Shown here in pieces: positions 8,101-12,516 of a stretch of DNA of 12,516 nt. The position numbers were made by a program, and so were the translations under genes. The notes under the pieces were generated by a model. The model was not told where the DNA came from and did not search any database. It saw only the letters and a program-made list of their open reading frames with translations. The stretch is from positions 1-12,516 of the forward strand of contig JBGAQA010000065.1 of NCBI GenBank assembly GCA_044220955.1, read 5' to 3'. The DNA comes from Sandaracinaceae bacterium (GTDB taxonomy: Bacteria; Myxococcota_A; Polyangia; Polyangiales; Sandaracinaceae). Numbering within the stretch: the first letter of the stretch is position 1; each line of letters opens with the position of its first letter.

Positions 8101-11100
8101 TCATCCTCGACGGAGTGATGATCGGGACCGCCACCGCGGACGCGAGCGGGCACTGGTCGCTCGTGCCGCCGACGGCGCTCGCGCCCGGCGTGCACACCGT
8201 GCGGGGCGAGGTCACCAACGCCGCCGGGCAGACCTCGGTCGACCAGCACACGTTCACGGTCGACACGACCGGTCCGACCGTCGCGATCACCACGCCCGCG
8301 AACGGCGCGCACGTCTCCGACACGACGCCGACGATCTCGGGCACGTCGCAGCCCGGGAACACGGTCGAGGTCTTCGTCGACGGTGTCCGGATCGCGACGC
8401 TCACCGCGGCCGCCGACGGCAGCTGGACCGTCGATCCGCCGACGGCGCTCGCGGAGGGCACGCACACCGTGCGTGCGGTCGCGACGGACGCCGCCGGCCG
8501 CACGGCGACGGACGCGGGCTCGTTCGTCGTCGACACGAGCACGACGGTCGCGATCCGCTCGCCCGTGGACGGCAGCACGACCGGGAACGTGCGCCCGACG
8601 CTCCGCGGGACGGCGGAGGCCGGTGACACCGTGGTCGTGAGCCTCGACGGGACGGTGCTGGGCACGGTGACCGCGGGCTCCGACGGAAGCTGGTCGATCC
8701 CGACGACGAGCGATCTGACGGCGGGCTCGCACACGGTCACGGCCCACGCGACCGACGCGGCGGGCAACACGGCCGACGCCACGAGCACGTTCACGTACGA
8801 CCCCGGCGTGCTCGACACCGACGGCGACGGAATCATCGACACCGACGAGTGCCCGTCGATGCCGTGCCGCGACAGCGACGGCGACGGCATGCCGGACTTC
8901 GACGACCCCGACGACGACGACGACGGCGTCCCGACCGCGCTCGAGTGCATCGGCGGTGCCTCTTGCATGGACACGGACACCGACGGGCGCCCCGACTACC
9001 TCGACCCCGACGACGACGGCGACGGCGTCCCGACCATGGTGGAGACGCCAGGCGGCGTCCTCCCAGACACGGACACGGACGGACGCCCCGATTACCTCGA
9101 CGTCGACGACGACGGCGACGGCATCCCGACGGCGACCGAGTGTGCGGGGGGTACGGGCTGCATGGACACGGACACCGACGCTCGTCCCGACTACGTCGAT
9201 CCCGACGACGACGACGACACGATCCCGACGGCGCGCGAGCGCGCGGACGGCATGCGCTTCGGCAACGACGTGGACGGCGACGGCAGGCCGGACTGGCTCG
9301 ACACCGACTCCGACGGCGTGATGGGCGGCGATCAGATGGAGGGCGTCACCGACTCCGACGGAGACGGCATCCCGAACTACCTCGATCCGGACAGCACGCC
9401 CGTGGACGCCGGCGTGCGCGACGCGGGTCCCGGCAACGACGCCGGCCCTGGCAGCGACGCTGGCCCGCGCGACGGCGGAGCCTTCGACGCGAGCGCGGCG
9501 GCCGACGCCGGTGCGGGCCCACACCCGCCCGGCGGCTTCTCCGGCGGCGCGTGCGTCTGCTCCACGCCGGGCGGATCGAGCACGCGCTCGCCGCTCGGGG
9601 CCCTCGTCGGCATGGTGCTGCTCGGCCTCGTGGTCGCGCGGCGCCGGCGTCGCGCCGTTTTATCGCTGGCGCTGCTCGGTGCCCTGGTGCCCGGCGCGCT
9701 GGCGCTCGGGGCGAGCCCCGCGGAGGCGCAGCGCGGCGGCTTCACGCTCGACCAGTTTCGCCCCGCGGAGGTCGCGAACGACGGCTTCGCGATCTCGCGG
9801 CCGAACGACCTCGGACACCTGAACTTCGGCGCGCAGCTGGTCCTCGACTACGCGCACAATCCCTTCGTCTACGAGGAGCGCCTCGGCGATCAGTCCACGC
9901 AGAGCCACCCCATCGTGCAGAACCAGATGGTCGGCACGCTCGGGCTCTCGTTCGGCCTGGTGGATCGCGTCGTGATCTACGGCGGGCTGCCGGTCTCGCT
10001 CTGGAACGAGGGAACGGGTGGCGTCGGTTTCCCTGCGGCGGACGGGACGCAGATCGGTGACCCGTACCTCGGCGCGCGCGTGCGCCTCTTCGGCGAGGCC
10101 ACCGAGACGTTCAGCCTCGCGTTGCAGGGAACGCTGACGGCGCCGCTGTCGAACCTCGTCTCGCCGAGCGAGGCGTTCACCGGCGAGCAGACGTTCGCGT
10201 TCCTGCCGCGGCTCAGCGGCGAGCTGCGCCTGGTGGACGGTCGCCTCCGCGTCGGCATGAACCTCGGCGCTCGCTTCCGCCAGCAGAGCCAGATCCTGAA
10301 CCTCACGGTCGGCCAGGAGCTCACGTACGGGCTCGGCGTCACGGGCGTCGTGCTCCCGAACGTCCTCGACCTGACGATCGAGGCGTTCGGGGCCACCAAC
10401 TTCGATCACTTCTTCGCGCGCGAGTGGACGCCCTTCGAGCTGCTCGGCGGCGCTCGCGTGCACCCGATCTGCGACCTCACCATCGGCCTCGCGGTCGGCG
10501 GTGGGCTGACGCGCGGGTACGGGTCGCCGAACTTTCGCGGCGTGCTCTCGGTCGGCTGGGCCTACGACGCGGGCTGTCACGCGCCCGTCGCCGCCGTCGA
10601 GCAGGTGCCGCCGGCCCCGGGCGACGCCGACGGTGACGGAATCCTCGACGACGTCGATGCGTGCCCGAGCGAGCCGGAGGACGTCGACACCTACCAGGAC
10701 GCGGACGGCTGCCCCGACCCCGACAACGACGGCGACGGCGTGCTCGACGTGAGCGACGGCGCGCCCATGGAGCCCGAGGACCCGGACGGGTTCGAGGACC
10801 CGGACGGAGTGCCCGACCCCGACAACGACCAGGACGGCGTGCCCGACGTGAGCGACGGGGCGCCGCTCGATCCCGAGGACCGAGACGGATTCCAGGATCA
10901 GGACGGCGTGCCGGATCCGGACAACGACCAGGACACCGTGCCGGACACGACGGACGAGTGCCCGACGGCGCCGGGGACGCCGGAGGCGAACGGGTGCCCG
11001 CGCTCGGTGCGCCTCGACGAGGAGACCGGCCAGATCATCATCCTGCAGCGCGTCGAGTTCGCGACGAACCGCGACGTGATCCTCGAGCGCAGCTTCCCGA

Positions 11101-11426
11101 TCCTGCAGGAGGTCTTCGCCGTGATGCAGGCCAACCCCCAGCTGACGCTGGTGCGCGTCGAGGGCCACACGGACGACCGCGGCCGCGACGATCGCAACAT
11201 GGACCTCTCGCGGCGGCGGGCCATCAGCGTGATCCGCTGGCTGATCGAGCATGGTGTCGCGGCGAGCCGGCTCACGGGCCTCGGGTGCGGCGAGACGCAC
11301 CCGATCGACTCGAACTCCACCACGGACGGCCGGCAGGCCAACCGCCGCGTCGAGTTCCACATCATCGCGCCGGCCCCTCCCGACGGCGTGCAGACGCTCG
11401 AGGGCTGCGTCGACGCGCACCCCTGA
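5109..11426 (+). CDS. Giant (~2105 aa) cell-surface protein: lipoprotein signal, head domain, DUF11, 8 Ig-like repeats, TSP3-like Ca-binding repeats, internal MYXO-CTERM, second signal peptide, TraB-like beta-barrel, TSP3 repeats, OmpA C-terminal domain
   Basis: ATG 5109 with SD. Lipobox LLLGS-C27. DUF11 signature (VTLTYANTG...LPAGATFVSATGGG...WNLGNLAPG) at ~6345-6690. Two FECSVDG-type Ig repeats at 6699-7200 and six Big-type repeats (xPADG...TPxIxGT..PG..V.V.VDG...WS...L..G.HT..ATD.AGNT) at ~7200-8800. DxDGDGxPDYLDxDDD repeats at ~8814-9393. GGACVCS...LGALVGMVLLGLVVARRRRR at 9543-9653. Amphipathic barrel at 9729-10565 ending GYGSPNFRGVLSVGWAY. DxDxDG/CP repeats at 10620-11000. OmpA motifs RVEGHTDDRG, NMDLSRRRA and NRRVEF. 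Confidence 0.93.
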   Translation: MSSRVLSRKLKGLLVAQLLTALLLGSCAGDTPPAVQAAPEALVRSFPSGSLVIPMGTNYQASGTLRAFGLVYALLRGGVTIHWTILTGKAAFATDFTIVAPASVRNRETGAAVTLPATYRGGSFVVDAADRATALPIIDAWLASDTLTVVHDVTGAFDADVSRTLTAAPRIAVFEDGNEAIAFTDLNAAGIPDSAGMTWAATSVDLLTPTQVAGPSTTSHTDGALFRADGTPAYCHVTSMHWNPAAADPVGEIVSEVRAWLDSSIVTHAFMECHAIQTFENDPAGRFLTTMGVAGGGNAVNLPLTILTPDAPFAQYDGPLAPDGGSVQSILPVGGLAGFRPFVRRMIVDGGGDVLWASARLDGDPNNGQLTYLGGHNYSVAVPISAANDQTNGVRLILNSLFESGCAGPEGAPNVAVTASAPATSFSRTFTVTLTYANTGAGAAEAAVLTAPLPAGATFVSATGGGALVGANVVWNLGNLAPGATGTLTYTITVAADGSYDDSASMRFFVGLTPRTVPSNVATTVVTSVIDTTIVTAEPSPTSDPTGDFTFSSTDPTASFECSVDGGAFAACPATFSTTALADGTHTLAVRSRNAVLVDATPATATWVVDTTAPDTTIVTAEPSPTSDPTGDFVFGSPDATATFECSVDGGAFAACPATFSTTALPDGMHTIAVRAVDLAGNVDPTPASTSWIVDTSTAVTITTPADGSTVMTATPAITGTGDPGATVSVSVDGTVIGTATVSAGGTWSLTPTSPLANGMHTAVATATDPAGNTATAMTTFTVMAGTFVVIDSPADGTSVRTRTPAITGHGNPGDTVTVTVDGASVGMATVAADGTWSVTPAAPLTEGPHSASATARNARGDMATDTNSFSVDSATVVDFLQPGDHGPIGDTTPELSGTAEPGDSVEVTLDGTLVGTVTADAEGNWTLQVRTPLANGVHMVSVLATDAAGNTATDAGPFTVDTSAPSLEIRSPADGSHTSETRPEISGDTDPGLLVIVILDGVMIGTATADASGHWSLVPPTALAPGVHTVRGEVTNAAGQTSVDQHTFTVDTTGPTVAITTPANGAHVSDTTPTISGTSQPGNTVEVFVDGVRIATLTAAADGSWTVDPPTALAEGTHTVRAVATDAAGRTATDAGSFVVDTSTTVAIRSPVDGSTTGNVRPTLRGTAEAGDTVVVSLDGTVLGTVTAGSDGSWSIPTTSDLTAGSHTVTAHATDAAGNTADATSTFTYDPGVLDTDGDGIIDTDECPSMPCRDSDGDGMPDFDDPDDDDDGVPTALECIGGASCMDTDTDGRPDYLDPDDDGDGVPTMVETPGGVLPDTDTDGRPDYLDVDDDGDGIPTATECAGGTGCMDTDTDARPDYVDPDDDDDTIPTARERADGMRFGNDVDGDGRPDWLDTDSDGVMGGDQMEGVTDSDGDGIPNYLDPDSTPVDAGVRDAGPGNDAGPGSDAGPRDGGAFDASAAADAGAGPHPPGGFSGGACVCSTPGGSSTRSPLGALVGMVLLGLVVARRRRRAVLSLALLGALVPGALALGASPAEAQRGGFTLDQFRPAEVANDGFAISRPNDLGHLNFGAQLVLDYAHNPFVYEERLGDQSTQSHPIVQNQMVGTLGLSFGLVDRVVIYGGLPVSLWNEGTGGVGFPAADGTQIGDPYLGARVRLFGEATETFSLALQGTLTAPLSNLVSPSEAFTGEQTFAFLPRLSGELRLVDGRLRVGMNLGARFRQQSQILNLTVGQELTYGLGVTGVVLPNVLDLTIEAFGATNFDHFFAREWTPFELLGGARVHPICDLTIGLAVGGGLTRGYGSPNFRGVLSVGWAYDAGCHAPVAAVEQVPPAPGDADGDGILDDVDACPSEPEDVDTYQDADGCPDPDNDGDGVLDVSDGAPMEPEDPDGFEDPDGVPDPDNDQDGVPDVSDGAPLDPEDRDGFQDQDGVPDPDNDQDTVPDTTDECPTAPGTPEANGCPRSVRLDEETGQIIILQRVEFATNRDVILERSFPILQEVFAVMQANPQLTLVRVEGHTDDRGRDDRNMDLSRRRAISVIRWLIEHGVAASRLTGLGCGETHPIDSNSTTDGRQANRRVEFHIIAPAPPDGVQTLEGCVDAHP
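6699..7202 (+). repeat. Intragenic tandem duplication with a 252-nt (84-aa) period encoding two Ig-like domains
   Basis: A 57-nt identical block occurs at 6699-6755 and 6951-7007 (DTTIVTAEPSPTSDPTGDF). A second block (FECSVDGGAFAACPATFSTTAL) differs only at a few synonymous third positions. Confidence 0.9.
9543..9653 (+). other. Internal MYXO-CTERM sorting motif
   Basis: GG-A-C-V-C-S, a short Gly/Ser/Pro spacer, a hydrophobic helix LGALVGMVLLGLVVA and then RRRRR, preceded by a low-complexity DAG-repeat linker. This matches the established MYXO-CTERM layout (Cys motif, TM, Arg cluster). Confidence 0.85.
9639..9728 (+). other. Internal Sec/SPase I-type signal peptide preceding the TraB-like OmpA module
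   Basis: n-region RRRRR, h-region AVLSLALLGALVPGALALG, c-region ASPAEA|Q with an A-x-A cleavage motif. Confidence 0.7.
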
Positions 11427-11482
11427 CGCGCCTCGCCCGGCATGGCTCGTGCTGACCCGGTTCCCGGCGCGCGAGGTGTGTC
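11425..11482 (+). terminator. Possible RNA stem-loop immediately after the giant gene (terminator or stabilising hairpin)
   Basis: GACGCGCCTCGC (11425-11436) can pair with GCGAGGTGTGTC (11471-11482) using two G-U pairs. There is no true U-tract, so it is not a canonical intrinsic terminator. Confidence 0.3.
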
Positions 11483-11547
11483 TTCGTGTGCCGGAGGTCC
11501 ATGAGCTCGGCGGGCGAGGGCGAGGCACATCCGTGCAGCGGCGGCGC

Positions 11548-12516
11548 ATGAGCCGCGCCGGTCGCGATCTCTCTTGGGCGTGCCGCGCTTCGGCCCGCGC
11601 GTGCGTCGCGTCCCTGCTCGTGCTCCCCGGCTGCTACCTCGCGCACTCTCGCGATCGCGCGGCGCCGACGCTCGACGGCGGACGTCCCGACGCATCCGGA
11701 TCGCCCGACGCCGGCACGCCCGCCCGCGACGGGGCCGTCCTGGGCGCGGCGTACTGGACGCTCGAGCGCCGACCGGCGCGGCTCCGGATCGAGCACGAGC
11801 TGGGCTGCACGCAGTACGAGGGCGGCGAGATCGCCGTGACCGTCGCGACGCCGATCGCGAGCGTGTGCGAGCACGGTGGTCCGACGGAGGTCGCGAGGGA
11901 CCCGGACGGCACGGCTCGCGTGACGTCGTGGGTCTGGGTCGAGCACCGCCGGGACGCCGGCGCGTGCCTCGCCACGACGGACGTCTCCGAGCGCACGATC
12001 CTGCTCCCCGCGCACGAGGGGACCAACGTCGCCGTCACCGACGACGGAGCGAGCCGCGTCGAGTACCGCGCTTCCGCGATCGACGATCTTCCGTGCACGC
12101 GCGACGGGGCCGAGGACTCGCCCTGCGTCGCGGACTGCGAGTGCCGAGACGGCCTCGTGTGCATCCCGCAAGCAGGGGACTTCGTCGAGTGCCACGGCGG
12201 CGTCTGCGGCGATCCGTGCAACGCCGGCGTGTCCGGGGCCCTGGAGGCCGTGTACGCGGCGGACCTCGAGTGCGATTCGCGGCAGGAGTGCGCGCGCGGC
12301 GCGGGCGTCGGTCGCCGATGCGAGCCGCGCACGGGCGCGGCGTGCGCCGACTCTTCCTGCGGGGCGGGTCTGGCTTGCGGCGCGAGCCCCGCTGCGGGCT
12401 GCGAGTGGGTGATCACGCTCTCGGCGACGAGCCGGCACGCGTGCGAGAGCGACGCGTCTTGCGACGTGGGCCTGCGCTGCGTCGAGGGTCGCGACGGCGC
12501 GAGGAGCTGCGAGGTC
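11548..12516 (+). CDS. Putative Cys-rich lipoprotein, 3' end outside the window
   Basis: Manual translation from ATG 11548 is open to the window edge (323 codons): MSRAGRDLSWACRASARACVASLLVLPG-C29-YLAH, a DGG/DAS/DAG linker, a beta-rich domain, then Cys-rich repeats (PCVADCECRDGLVCIP, CESDASCDVGLRCVEG). Third positions are mostly G/C. Not in the supplied ORF track. Confidence 0.82.
   Translation, partial: MSRAGRDLSWACRASARACVASLLVLPGCYLAHSRDRAAPTLDGGRPDASGSPDAGTPARDGAVLGAAYWTLERRPARLRIEHELGCTQYEGGEIAVTVATPIASVCEHGGPTEVARDPDGTARVTSWVWVEHRRDAGACLATTDVSERTILLPAHEGTNVAVTDDGASRVEYRASAIDDLPCTRDGAEDSPCVADCECRDGLVCIPQAGDFVECHGGVCGDPCNAGVSGALEAVYAADLECDSRQECARGAGVGRRCEPRTGAACADSSCGAGLACGASPAAGCEWVITLSATSRHACESDASCDVGLRCVEGRDGARSCEV

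Noticed and set aside
5082..9524. 1480-aa - strand ORF (also 6605..8980 and 9660..11549)
   Set aside because: Antisense shadows of the giant gene, expected from strong GC3 bias; no recognisable domains.
9655..9665. Programmed frameshift at GTTTTA to produce a stand-alone adhesin
   Set aside because: Not a canonical X XXY YYZ slippery heptamer, and neither shifted frame stops nearby (next stops end at 9822 and 10060).
5109..11426. Assigning gene symbols traA, traB or agmC
   Set aside because: The resemblance is architectural only. The N-terminal half lacks TraA's Cys-rich stalk, and orthology cannot be established without a search.
11362..12438. - strand ORFs 11362..12438 and 11634..12416
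   Set aside because: Antisense shadows of the + strand Cys-rich lipoprotein, which has a lipobox and appropriate codon bias.

Overview
Very GC-rich bacterial DNA. The gene content points to Myxococcota, probably Polyangiales/Sandaracinaceae-like (inference from the MYXO-CTERM motif, Pkn-type kinase, Cys-rich/DAG-linker lipoproteins and TraB-like OmpA barrel). Six credible genes, in order: (1) a membrane Ser/Thr kinase (- strand, runs off the left edge, absent from the ORF track); (2) a Cys-rich + RCC1-repeat lipoprotein; (3) a TPR-like single-pass membrane protein; (4) an orphan radical SAM enzyme with a C-terminal auxiliary-cluster motif; (5) a ~2105-aa surface protein; (6) a Cys-rich lipoprotein (runs off the right edge, absent from the ORF track). 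The standout is the giant ORF 5109..11426, which looks like a polyprotein. An Ig/DUF11/TSP3 adhesin ends in a complete MYXO-CTERM sorting tag in the middle of the ORF. The tag's RRRRR tail doubles as the n-region of a second signal peptide (AEA|Q), which precedes a full TraB-like beta-barrel/TSP3/OmpA protein. This amounts to a TraA/TraB-style two-partner module encoded as one reading frame. All family assignments come from motif recognition by eye; no searches were run.
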